Below are positions 16,606 to 24,893 of a stretch of 32,000 bases of DNA, piece after piece. The notes beneath the pieces are model-generated. The model was not told the DNA's origin, did no database searches, and was given only the letters and a program-made list of their open reading frames with translations. This DNA is from Geotalea daltonii FRC-32. Lineage in GTDB: Bacteria > Desulfobacterota > Desulfuromonadia > Geobacterales > Geobacteraceae. The position numbers and the translations under genes were made by a program. The stretch spans positions 3,600,001 to 3,632,000 of the forward strand of contig NC_011979.1 in the NCBI RefSeq assembly GCF_000022265.1, in the 5' to 3' direction. Each line of letters begins with the position of its first letter. Within the stretch, counting starts at the first letter, position 1.

Positions 16606-19600
16606 CTACTCGAAAGAAACGGCATTATAACCCAGCAGATTCTTTACTTCCAGAGATAAATCTTCAGAGGCAGACAGCATGCAGGTATCGGGAAGATTGA
16701 TGGTGGTCCTGGATTGTTCGGGAATGACGATATGCAGATAGGATCTGCAGGAACCCGGATAGCGTTTGATGATCCCTTTCAGGGATTCAAGCTGTTCACG
16801 GGCAATACCTGACTGCACCGTCACATGAACACGGCGCGTCTCCCGCTCGGTTAACTCCCTGAGCAGTACAACATCGCTGGCAATGACCTTGATATTTTTC
16901 TCGCCCACTTCCACCGTGCCGCTGACGAGGATGGGGTCATCGCCGGCGAGACACTCGGCAACCCGACTGTAGACCTTTGCCAGCACCACCACCTCCACCG
17001 TGCCATGCAGGTCTTCCAGGGTGACGAAGGCCATGCGGTCACCTTTCTTGGTGATGAACTCCTTTTTGGCCACGACGATGCCGCAGATCTTGACCTCGGC
17101 CTTGTCTTTGATCTCGGCAAAATCGGAGGTATGGACGGAAGCAAAACGCCTGATCTGGGCAGAATAGCGATCAAGGGGATGCCCGGTAATGTAAAAGCCG
17201 AGGGCTTCTTTTTCCTGGTTCAGGAGAAACTTGTCATCCCACTCTGGCAGGTCGGGCAGGCTTCCCTTGCCGTTGCCGTTCCCCCTGGTCATTTCCTCGA
17301 CACCGAAAAGTGAAACCTGGGCACTCTCCCGCTCCTGCTGGATTTTCTGCCCCAAGGACATGGCATCTTCCAGCCCCGCCATGAGCGGCGCCCGCTTGGC
17401 GCCGGTGGAATCGAAGGCGCCGCATTTGATCAATGATTCCACCACCCGCTTGTTGACCTTGCGCTGGTCCACCCGCTCGCCAAAATCGAAGATATCGGCG
17501 AAAGAACCCGTTTTCCTCGCCTCCAGTATCGCTTCGATGGCAGATTCACCCACGTTCTTCACCGCCCCCAGACCAAAGCGGATGGAATTTCCCAGGACCC
17601 GGAAGGAAAGATCGGAGGCGTTGATGTCGGGGGGCAGCACCTCGATCCCCATATCCCGGCAGTCGCTGATGTTCTTGATGACCTTGTCGGTACTGCCCAT
17701 GTCCTCGGTGAGGAGGGCTGCCATGAACTCTACCGGATAGTGGGTCTTGAGATAGGCGGTCTGGTAGGCCACCAGGGCATAGGCGGCGGAGTGGGACTTG
17801 TTGAAGCCGTATTCGGCGAACTTGGCCATGAGGTCGAAGATGGCCTCGGCCTTTTTCGGATCGATATTCTGCTTTTCCGCCCCCGCCAGAAACGGGATCT
17901 TCTCCTTGGCCATGACCTCGGGGTCTTTCTTACCCATGGCGCGGCGCAGGAGGTCGGCCTGGCCGAGGGAATAGCCGGCCAGGACGCGGGAGATCTGCAT
18001 GACCTGTTCCTGGTAGACGATGACCCCATAGGTGTCCTTCAGGATCGGCTCCAGTTGCGGCAGGTCGTAGACAACCTTTTTGCGGCCATGCTTTCGGTCG
18101 ATGAAGTCGTCAACCATGCCGCTGCCCAGAGGGCCGGGACGGTAAAGGGCGCAAACCGCGATGATGTCCTCGAAACAGGATGGCTTCAGCTTGACCAGCA
18201 GTCCCTGCATGCCGGAGGATTCAAGCTGGAATACGCCAGTGGTGTTGCCGGACTGGAGCAGCTTGTAGGTCTCCTCGTCATCATCGCGCAGGACAGTGAT
18301 ATCGAAATCGGCATTTTTCCCGGCGCGGATCAGTTTCACCGCATTGTGGATGACCGTAAGGTTCTTGAGGCCCAAAAAGTCGAACTTTACCAGGCCGATC
18401 TTTTCCACGTACTTCATTGAGTACTGGGTGGTTATTGACCCGTTCTTTTGATCCTTGTAGACCGGGCAGAAAGCCTCCAGCACGTCAGGCGCCACAACCA
18501 CACCGGCTGCGTGTGTAGAGGCGTGTCTTGCCAACCCTTCCAGGCAAAGAGCCACATCCAGCAACTCCTTAATGCGAGGATCGGCCTCGGCCAGCTCGTT
18601 CAGTTTCGGCTCCTGCTGCAGGGCCTTTTCCAGGGTAATGCCCAGGACCTCAGGCACCAGCTTGGCTATGCGGTCCACATCGCCGTAGCTCATGTCCAGC
18701 GCCCGGCCCACATCGCGGAGCACGCCTCGAGCAGCCATGGTACCAAAGGTGATGATCTGGCAGACCTTGTCCCGGCCATACTTCTCGGTGACGTACTGGA
18801 TCACCTCCTCGCGGCGGTCCTGGCAGAAATCCACGTCGATATCAGGCATGGATATACGTTCCGGATTGAGGAACCGCTCGAAGAGCAGGTTGTAAGGAAT
18901 AGGGTCCAGATCGGTGATACGGATGGAGTAGGCAACCAGCGAACCGGCTGCCGAACCGCGTCCCGGGCCGACGGGAATGCCATGGTCCTTGGCCCAGTTG
19001 ATGAAGTCGGCAACAATGAGGAAATAACCGGGAAAGCCCATTTGCTTGATGCAGTCGAGCTCAATCCTGAGCCGGTCGTAGTAACCCTTTTCCTGATCCG
19101 CCGTCAGGTCCGGATATTTGGCCCGCACCGCCACCAGCCGATCCTTGAGCCCTTCATAGGCCTGCTCCTCCAGGACATCATCAAGGCTTTTATCCGCCGG
19201 CTTGATGTATTGGGGAAAGTGATAGGTCTTGAAGTCAAGCTCAAAGTCGCAGCTTTCGGCAATGCGCACCGTATTGGCAATGGCCTCTGGCGCATAATGG
19301 AAGGCAGCAGCCATCTCTTGGGGGGACTTGAAGTAGAACTCCTCGGCCGAAAAGTGCATGTGGTTCGGATCGTTCATTGTCTTGCCGGTCTGGATGCAGA
19401 GCAAAACCTCGTGGGCCTTGGCATCCTCGCGGTTAAGGTAATGACAGTCGTTGGTGGCAACCAGCGGCAGTGAAAGCTCCGAGGCCACTTCCAGCAGGCG
19501 CTTATTGGCCACATCCTGCTCTGGAAGGGTGTTTTCCTGGAGTTCGATGTAATAGCGGCCGGGAAAAAGCTCGGAATACCAGCGGGCTGTGGCAACGGCA

Positions 19601-20076
19601 TCTTCGATTCGGTTACGGCCGCACTGATAGGCAACCTCCCCTTTGAGGCAGGCGGAAAGCGCTATCAACCCTTCGCTGTGCTCAGCCAGTATCTCCTTGT
19701 CGATGCGCGGTTTGTAGTAAAACCCCTCCTTGTAACCGGCTGAGACCAGCCAGGAAAGGTTCCTGTAGCCCTGCAGGTTCTGGCAGAGCAGGACCAGATG
19801 ATAGCTCGAAGTAGACTCGTGGCCATTGCCGCTCTCCTTGCTGAACCGGGAGCCGGGAGCAATATAAACCTCGCTGCCGATGATCGGCTTGATCCCCTTG
19901 TCCTTGCACTTGGTATAGAACTCGATGGCGCCGAACATGTTGCCGTGGTCGGTAATGGCAACGGCAGGCATCTCATAGCCCTTGACCTTCTTGATCAGGT
20001 CACCGAGGCGAATGGCGCCGTCCAGCAGCGAATACTGGGTATGCAGATGAAGATGTACGAAATCCGGCTGGCTCAT
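16606..20076 (-). CDS. dnaE: DNA polymerase III alpha subunit
   Basis: The 1156-aa protein has a PHP domain (FVHLHLHTQYSLLDGA), the pol III alpha core (GPGRGSAAGSLVAYS..IT, MPDIDVDF), an OB fold and a C-terminal tail. Confidence 0.95.
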   Translation of the reverse strand: MSQPDFVHLHLHTQYSLLDGAIRLGDLIKKVKGYEMPAVAITDHGNMFGAIEFYTKCKDKGIKPIIGSEVYIAPGSRFSKESGNGHESTSSYHLVLLCQNLQGYRNLSWLVSAGYKEGFYYKPRIDKEILAEHSEGLIALSACLKGEVAYQCGRNRIEDAVATARWYSELFPGRYYIELQENTLPEQDVANKRLLEVASELSLPLVATNDCHYLNREDAKAHEVLLCIQTGKTMNDPNHMHFSAEEFYFKSPQEMAAAFHYAPEAIANTVRIAESCDFELDFKTYHFPQYIKPADKSLDDVLEEQAYEGLKDRLVAVRAKYPDLTADQEKGYYDRLRIELDCIKQMGFPGYFLIVADFINWAKDHGIPVGPGRGSAAGSLVAYSIRITDLDPIPYNLLFERFLNPERISMPDIDVDFCQDRREEVIQYVTEKYGRDKVCQIITFGTMAARGVLRDVGRALDMSYGDVDRIAKLVPEVLGITLEKALQQEPKLNELAEADPRIKELLDVALCLEGLARHASTHAAGVVVAPDVLEAFCPVYKDQKNGSITTQYSMKYVEKIGLVKFDFLGLKNLTVIHNAVKLIRAGKNADFDITVLRDDDEETYKLLQSGNTTGVFQLESSGMQGLLVKLKPSCFEDIIAVCALYRPGPLGSGMVDDFIDRKHGRKKVVYDLPQLEPILKDTYGVIVYQEQVMQISRVLAGYSLGQADLLRRAMGKKDPEVMAKEKIPFLAGAEKQNIDPKKAEAIFDLMAKFAEYGFNKSHSAAYALVAYQTAYLKTHYPVEFMAALLTEDMGSTDKVIKNISDCRDMGIEVLPPDINASDLSFRVLGNSIRFGLGAVKNVGESAIEAILEARKTGSFADIFDFGERVDQRKVNKRVVESLIKCGAFDSTGAKRAPLMAGLEDAMSLGQKIQQERESAQVSLFGVEEMTRGNGNGKGSLPDLPEWDDKFLLNQEKEALGFYITGHPLDRYSAQIRRFASVHTSDFAEIKDKAEVKICGIVVAKKEFITKKGDRMAFVTLEDLHGTVEVVVLAKVYSRVAECLAGDDPILVSGTVEVGEKNIKVIASDVVLLRELTERETRRVHVTVQSGIAREQLESLKGIIKRYPGSCRSYLHIVIPEQSRTTINLPDTCMLSASEDLSLEVKNLLGYNAVSFE

Positions 20077-20280
20077 GGGTCCTTAAATACAACTATGGGA
20101 GCCGGTCCTGCCCATGGCTCCCTTTTAGTCAAACTAAAAAATTTCGGTTATTATTACATAACAACAGCTGGGGTGTCAACAAGCCAACGGGGCAAAACCG
20201 CCTTCCCTTGCGCACATGGCAATACGTGATAGAGTATTTGCACTATTCATCGTCTGCACTTTTCGATAGGAGGTAACTGC

Positions 20281-20898
20281 ATGAAAGTACTGGTAGTTTA
20301 TTATTCCATGTATGGGCACATACACCGCATGGCAGAGGCAATTGTTGAAGGGGCAAAGGAAGTAGTCGGGGCGGAAGTAGTGCTCCGCCGAGTTCCGGAA
20401 ACGCTTTCCCATGATGTACTTGAGAAGATGGGAGCGGTGGAAGCGCAACGGAGCATGTCCCATATTCCCATCTGCACCGTTGACGAGCTGGCAGAGGCCG
20501 ATGCTGTAATTTTCGGTTCACCGACACGTTTCGGCAACATGTGCGGCCAGATGCGCCAGTTTCTGGACGCAACCGGCGGTCTTTGGGTAAAAGGATCACT
20601 GATCGGCAAAGTGGGGAGCGTCTTTGCCAGCTCCAATACTCAGCATGGAGGGCAGGAATCAACCATCCTCAGCTTTCATACTACGTTGCTCCATCACGGC
20701 ATGGTCATCGTCGGCCTCCCCTATGCATTTCAGGGCCAGATGCGCAATGATGAGATCACCGGGGGGTCTCCCTACGGCGCATCCACCGTTGCCGGCACCC
20801 AGGGGGAGCGGCAGCCGACCGAGAACGAACTTGCGGCTGCCCGCTACCAAGGGAAGCATGTGGCATCCATAGCCTACAAGCTGGTGATGGCCCGCTGA
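20281..20898 (+). CDS. wrbA: NAD(P)H:quinone oxidoreductase, WrbA type (flavodoxin-like)
   Basis: [30 protein letters not shown] and GG.E.T are WrbA motifs. The RBS AGGAGG lies upstream. Confidence 0.9.
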   Translation: MKVLVVYYSMYGHIHRMAEAIVEGAKEVVGAEVVLRRVPETLSHDVLEKMGAVEAQRSMSHIPICTVDELAEADAVIFGSPTRFGNMCGQMRQFLDATGGLWVKGSLIGKVGSVFASSNTQHGGQESTILSFHTTLLHHGMVIVGLPYAFQGQMRNDEITGGSPYGASTVAGTQGERQPTENELAAARYQGKHVASIAYKLVMAR

Positions 20899-21048
20899 AT
20901 ATCTGTTCACGGAGGGTTGGTACCGTTTCGGCCAGCTCTCTCCTCAATTTTCCTGCCTCACTATTGCCGATTCTCCATGGGAAAAATTTGCATGCAACGG
21001 CTGCCGGTGCTATCCTGCCTCCCTAATCAAAACTGAAGGGAATGCATA

Positions 21049-22437
21049 ATGATGCCTTATAACACCTTGATCGACTCACATGCCCACATCTACGGGCCTG
21101 AATTCAAAGATGATTTTGCTGATATGCTGAAAAGGGCGGAAGAAGCCGGTGTCAGCGAGATCATCGTCGTCGGCACCGATGTGGCGACAAGCAGGGCAGC
21201 CTGTGAACTGGCGACCAAGTATGAAAACCTCTATTGTGCCGTGGGTATCCACCCCCATGATGCCTCAGGGGTGACGGACAAATGCTACGAAGAAATTCGC
21301 CATATGGCCAACAGCTGCACAAAGGTTGTGGCCATCGGCGAAATCGGCCTGGATTTCTACCGGGACCGCTCGCCCCGCCACCTGCAGGAAGAGGTCTTCC
21401 GCCGTTTCATCCGTCTGGCCAGGGAGGTATCGCTGCCGGTCATCATCCACGACCGGGACGCCCATGACCGGGTAATGGCCATTGTCATGGAAGAGAATGC
21501 CGGTGCTGTGGGAGGCGTCTTCCACTGCTTTTCCGGCGATCTGCAAATGGCCAGCCGGTGCATCGACCTGGGTTTCCATATTTCCATACCGGGCACCGTC
21601 ACCTATCCGTCCAACGAAGGCCTGCGCCAGGTTGTACAGGGTACGAAGATCGAAAAGATGCTGGTCGAAACCGACTGCCCTTACCTGACCCCTGTCCCCC
21701 ATCGGGGCAAACGCAATGAACCGGCTTACGTGAGTATCACCGCAGCCAGGGTAGCCGAAATCAAAGGATTGTCGGTGGAGGATGTGAGCCGGATAACTAC
21801 ACTCAATGTGCGCAACCTTTTCAATATCGGCGCCAAAGACCAGAATGCCCGCATTGCCTACCGCATCAGGCAATCCCTCTATCTGAACATCACCAATCGC
21901 TGCTCCAATCGTTGCTCGTTCTGCGCCAAATTCGAGGATTTCACCGTCAAGGGGCACTATCTGCTTTTGGACCACGAGCCGGGATTCAGCGAGGTTATGG
22001 CGGCAATTGCCGAGCACCACGGCTATGAGGAAGTGGTCTTCTGCGGCTATGGCGAGCCGCTCCTGCGCCTTGACCTGATCAAGGAGATCGCTGCTGAGCT
22101 GAAGACACGGGGGATCAGGACCAGGATCAATACCGACGGCCAGGCCAACCTTGTTTACGGCAGGAACATTCTGCCGGAGCTGGAAGGCCTCATCGACTGC
22201 GTCTCCGTAAGCCTCAACGCCGCCGACCCCGAGACCTATGATCGGCTCTGCCACACCCCCTTTGGCGAAGCCGGTTTCAACGGGGTCTGCGATTTTCTCC
22301 GGGAAGCCCTCAAATATATACCGCAAGTTGTAGCCAGCGCTGTCACGGTGCCGGGACTCGATATCGGCCAGGTCAGAGAGCTTGCCCATTCGCTGGGTGT
22401 TGAGTTCCGGGAGCGGGAATTTGCGGAAGTCGGCTGA
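21049..22437 (+). CDS. Fusion protein: TatD-family metal-dependent hydrolase (N-terminal, about 260 aa) + radical SAM domain (C-terminal, about 200 aa)
   Basis: The N-terminal part has the TatD motifs IDSHAHI, GEIGLDFYR, IHDRDAH, FHCFSG and ETDCPYL. The C-terminal part has NITNRCSNRCSFC (CX3CX2C) and CGYGEPLL. It is a single uninterrupted 462-codon frame. Confidence 0.85.
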   Translation: MMPYNTLIDSHAHIYGPEFKDDFADMLKRAEEAGVSEIIVVGTDVATSRAACELATKYENLYCAVGIHPHDASGVTDKCYEEIRHMANSCTKVVAIGEIGLDFYRDRSPRHLQEEVFRRFIRLAREVSLPVIIHDRDAHDRVMAIVMEENAGAVGGVFHCFSGDLQMASRCIDLGFHISIPGTVTYPSNEGLRQVVQGTKIEKMLVETDCPYLTPVPHRGKRNEPAYVSITAARVAEIKGLSVEDVSRITTLNVRNLFNIGAKDQNARIAYRIRQSLYLNITNRCSNRCSFCAKFEDFTVKGHYLLLDHEPGFSEVMAAIAEHHGYEEVVFCGYGEPLLRLDLIKEIAAELKTRGIRTRINTDGQANLVYGRNILPELEGLIDCVSVSLNAADPETYDRLCHTPFGEAGFNGVCDFLREALKYIPQVVASAVTVPGLDIGQVRELAHSLGVEFREREFAEVG

Positions 22438-22480
22438 GTCTTTACCCATAGCAATGGGGCAATAAATTTAATGATGCAGG

Positions 22481-22508
22481 TTGCAATCTTCAGACTACCT
22501 GCTATAAG
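22481..22508 (+). promoter_or_regulatory. Candidate sigma-70 promoter of dfx
   Basis: TTGCAA - 16 nt - TATAAG, about 50 nt upstream of the ATG at 22561. Confidence 0.3.
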
Positions 22509-22560
22509 ATAAAAAAGACCGAAATGGTCGTCTTAATTTTAAATGAAGGAGGGTAACACT

Positions 22561-22941
22561 ATGAGCAAAAAACTGGAAATCTACAAATGTCAAAGCTGTG
22601 GAAACATAATCGAGGTCTTTCACGCCGGAGCGGGTGAACTGGTCTGCTGCGGCAGTCCCATGGCGCTGCAGGTGGAGAATACGGTGGACGCTTCCCGGGA
22701 AAAACATCTGCCGGTAGTTGAAAAGAACGCCGGCGGCATCACTGTCAAAGTCGGCAGCATCCCCCATCCCATGGAGGAGCAGCATTTTATTGAATGGATC
22801 GAAGTGGTTGCCGATGGCCGGATATTCCGCCAGGAACTGAAGCCGGGCGATGTTCCCCAGGCAGTTTTCCCGGCGGGAAGCGGTAAGGTTGTCGTTCGAG
22901 AATACTGTTCTCTTCACGGCCAGTGGGCTACCAACGAATAG
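22561..22941 (+). CDS. dfx: Desulfoferrodoxin (2Fe superoxide reductase)
   Basis: The N-terminal desulforedoxin site is CQSCGN...CCG. The SOR centre motifs are KHLPV, HPMEEQHFIEWIE and CSLHGQW. The ATG at 22561 follows GGAGGG with a 7-nt spacer. Confidence 0.9.
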   Translation: MSKKLEIYKCQSCGNIIEVFHAGAGELVCCGSPMALQVENTVDASREKHLPVVEKNAGGITVKVGSIPHPMEEQHFIEWIEVVADGRIFRQELKPGDVPQAVFPAGSGKVVVREYCSLHGQWATNE

Positions 22942-22964
22942 CCTTCGACCACGGCTTTCAGACA

Positions 22965-22994
22965 AAAGCCTGCCCCTCGGCAGGCTTTTTTATT
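22965..22994 (+). terminator. Rho-independent terminator after dfx
   Basis: AGCCTGCC-cctc-GGCAGGCT followed by TTTTTT. Confidence 0.7.
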
Positions 22995-23064
22995 CTGGCT
23001 AAAAAATAACCGGCCAGCTATAATGCCCGCCTGAGTTGAGTTCCTTACCCGGAAAAAGGTTATC

Positions 23065-24309
23065 ATGAACCAAAAGACCCGCTGGCTTTTGACCCTCTGC
23101 CTGGCCCAGATATTCATCATGCTGGCTTTCATCAATTATTCGGCGGTTCTTCCACTCTTGAAGCAAGAATGGGAGATGAACAACGTCAAAGCCGGTTCCA
23201 TATTCTCCGTCTACCAGCTGGGATACATTGCTTCTGGGGTCATCCTCTCCACCCTGACAGATCGGCTGAACACCAAGCACATCTTCATTTTCTCGGCCCT
23301 GTGGTCAGGCACAGCCAACTTGCTTTTTGCCTTTTGCGCCCATGATTATCTATCTGCCTTGGTGTTCCGGGGCTTGACCGGCATAGGCATGGGGGGGACC
23401 TACATGCCCGGACTGAAACTGGTGGCGGAAAAATTTGCTGCCGGCAAGCGGGGAAAGGCAGTCGGCATCTATGTGGGATCGCTGGTTCTTGGTGCATCCC
23501 TATCCCTGGCGGTGACCGGCGCCGTCACTTCCCTGGCCGGCTGGAGATGGGCTTTCATCGTCTGCTCCATCGGTGTCTACTGCGGTGCAGCCTTGTCCCT
23601 CATCGTCTTCAAAGGCTACCACCCCACTGTGCACGTCGCTTCCGAACAAGGTTTTCGCGGCGAAGTACTTCGCAACAAGCCGGCATTTCTGATGATATTG
23701 GGCTATGGCTCCCACATGTGGGAGATGTACGGCATGAGAAGCTGGCTGGCGCCTTTTTTCACCGCCGCACTGGTGGGTCACGGCATAGCCAAAGGAATCG
23801 CCACCGGCTGGGCGGCCACTGCAGCAGCGGTTATTATCGGCATCGGCACCTTTTCCACCGCCATTACCGGTACCCTGTCAGATATCCTGGGCAGGACCAG
23901 AACCATTTTCATAGTCATGTGCGGCAGCGCCATGCTCTCCTTCACCTTCGGCTGGCTGGTGAATGTCAATCCCTACCTCACCTTTGCCGTCGGCATTGTC
24001 TATGGCTATTTGATAGTTGCCGAATCACCGGTTTTTTCGGCAGGACTGACGGAATTGGTGGCTCCCGGCTATATGGGTGCTGCCATGGGACTTCAATCCC
24101 TGATCGGTTATTCCCTGGGAATGATCTCGCCAACCGTTTTCGGCTGGGCTCTTGACCTGTGCCACGGCTGGCAACCCTGGCCCGGAATAGATGCCGACTG
24201 GGGAGTCGCATTTGCAACTGCAGGCCTGGGCGCGGTCACCGGCCCCATCTTCATGTACATGTTGCGCCGTTGTCCGGAAAGCGAGCGCATGGCAGGCGGC
24301 AGGCGCTAG
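23065..24309 (+). CDS. MFS transporter
   Basis: The 414-aa protein has about 12 hydrophobic segments. An MFS loop motif is present (LTDRLNTKHIF; FRGLTGIGMGG). Confidence 0.8.
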   Translation: MNQKTRWLLTLCLAQIFIMLAFINYSAVLPLLKQEWEMNNVKAGSIFSVYQLGYIASGVILSTLTDRLNTKHIFIFSALWSGTANLLFAFCAHDYLSALVFRGLTGIGMGGTYMPGLKLVAEKFAAGKRGKAVGIYVGSLVLGASLSLAVTGAVTSLAGWRWAFIVCSIGVYCGAALSLIVFKGYHPTVHVASEQGFRGEVLRNKPAFLMILGYGSHMWEMYGMRSWLAPFFTAALVGHGIAKGIATGWAATAAAVIIGIGTFSTAITGTLSDILGRTRTIFIVMCGSAMLSFTFGWLVNVNPYLTFAVGIVYGYLIVAESPVFSAGLTELVAPGYMGAAMGLQSLIGYSLGMISPTVFGWALDLCHGWQPWPGIDADWGVAFATAGLGAVTGPIFMYMLRRCPESERMAGGRR

Positions 24310-24465
24310 TGTCCCGATCGGTTAATTCATTCCTTACAATTCTGGCTCTTTTGGCCCCTGGCTGCGTTGCGTCTCCTTGGCTTAGGCCCTGCTAGGCCTG
24401 CGTCGCCGCGCCTTGCCAGGAACCAAAATCCCTCAGAATTCTTGCGGCGAACTAACCGCACGGGA
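24306..24465. repeat. Family-A hairpin element, copy A1 (about 160-nt imperfect palindrome)
   Basis: It aligns along its length with 27451-27611. Its arms are complementary (GGTTAATTC.../...GAACTAACC; AATTCTG/CAGAATT; TTTTGG/CCAAAA; CCTGGC/GCCAGG). It begins with the CTAG that contains the MFS stop codon. Confidence 0.75.
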
Positions 24466-24615
24466 ACCGCCCCCCCGGACAGCGTCAACAGGACCGAAAA
24501 TGTTTGTCAGTTTTTTGACAGCAAGTGGCAACCAAAGTGATTCCGTCGTGGAAATAAATACTTCCCCCCACTGAGCGGCCGTCAATTAATTGTCGTTTTT
24601 GGGAACAATAAAAAA

Positions 24616-24700
24616 AGTGGAAAACTTTCTGACTTTTATGGATAAAAGCCTGCTGGATGCGCCTGTAATCCACAGAATCTGTGGATAACTTTGTGGAAAA
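24616..24700. promoter_or_regulatory. Cluster of five DnaA-box-like 9-mers
   Basis: 24680-24688 is TGTGGATAA, a perfect TTATCCACA on the minus strand. 24666-24674 is TAATCCACA (1 mismatch). 24692-24700 is TGTGGAAAA (TTTTCCACA). 24637-24645 is TATGGATAA (TTATCCATA). 24616-24624 is AGTGGAAAA (TTTTCCACT). An AT-rich tract follows at 24716-24755. Confidence 0.45.
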
Positions 24701-24831
24701 AGGTGTACGAGCAGGTGAATTTCTGCGAAATTTTATATGAATTTAACATTCTGCCTCTTTTTTGGGCAGGCGAGAAACCTTTCTCGACCCTTCTTTCCTT
24801 CAGAGCCGCCCTTCTGATGACAATCGCCCAT

Positions 24832-24866
24832 AAAAAAAAGCCGCATCCTTGACAGACGCGGCTTTT
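24832..24866 (-). terminator. Intrinsic terminator of the transglutaminase-like gene
   Basis: The minus strand reads AGCCGC-13 nt loop-GCGGCT followed by T8. It lies about 30 nt after the stop at 24894. Confidence 0.5.
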
Positions 24867-24893
24867 AGCTGCCTTTATCCAGCCTGAGGCAGG

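Noticed and set aside
17740-19473. Two long + strand ORFs (226 and 341 aa) inside dnaE
   Set aside because: They are antisense shadows of the 1156-aa DnaE frame, and no independent signals support them.
20097-20126. GGGAGCC-12 nt-GGCTCCC hairpin followed by TTTT on the + strand, just upstream of dnaE
   Set aside because: It looks like a terminator on the + strand, but no + strand gene precedes it. On the minus strand it lies in the dnaE leader without a U-run. It may be a leader structure, but nothing more can be supported.
21265-22449. 394-aa minus-strand ORF
   Set aside because: It is antisense to the TatD::radical-SAM gene, whose motifs (HxH, CX3CX2C) are unambiguous.
24485-24673. 62-aa minus-strand ORF in the long convergent spacer
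   Set aside because: It has no RBS. Its start lies inside the DnaA-box palindrome, its composition is odd and Cys/Phe-rich, and it has no motif. I treat the region as non-coding.
24616-24755. Interpretation of the DnaA-box cluster as the chromosomal oriC
   Set aside because: There is no dnaA/dnaN/gyrB neighbourhood and no obvious array of 13-mer DUE repeats. The flanking genes converge on the site rather than diverging from it. I keep it only as a possible auxiliary DnaA-binding locus (see findings).
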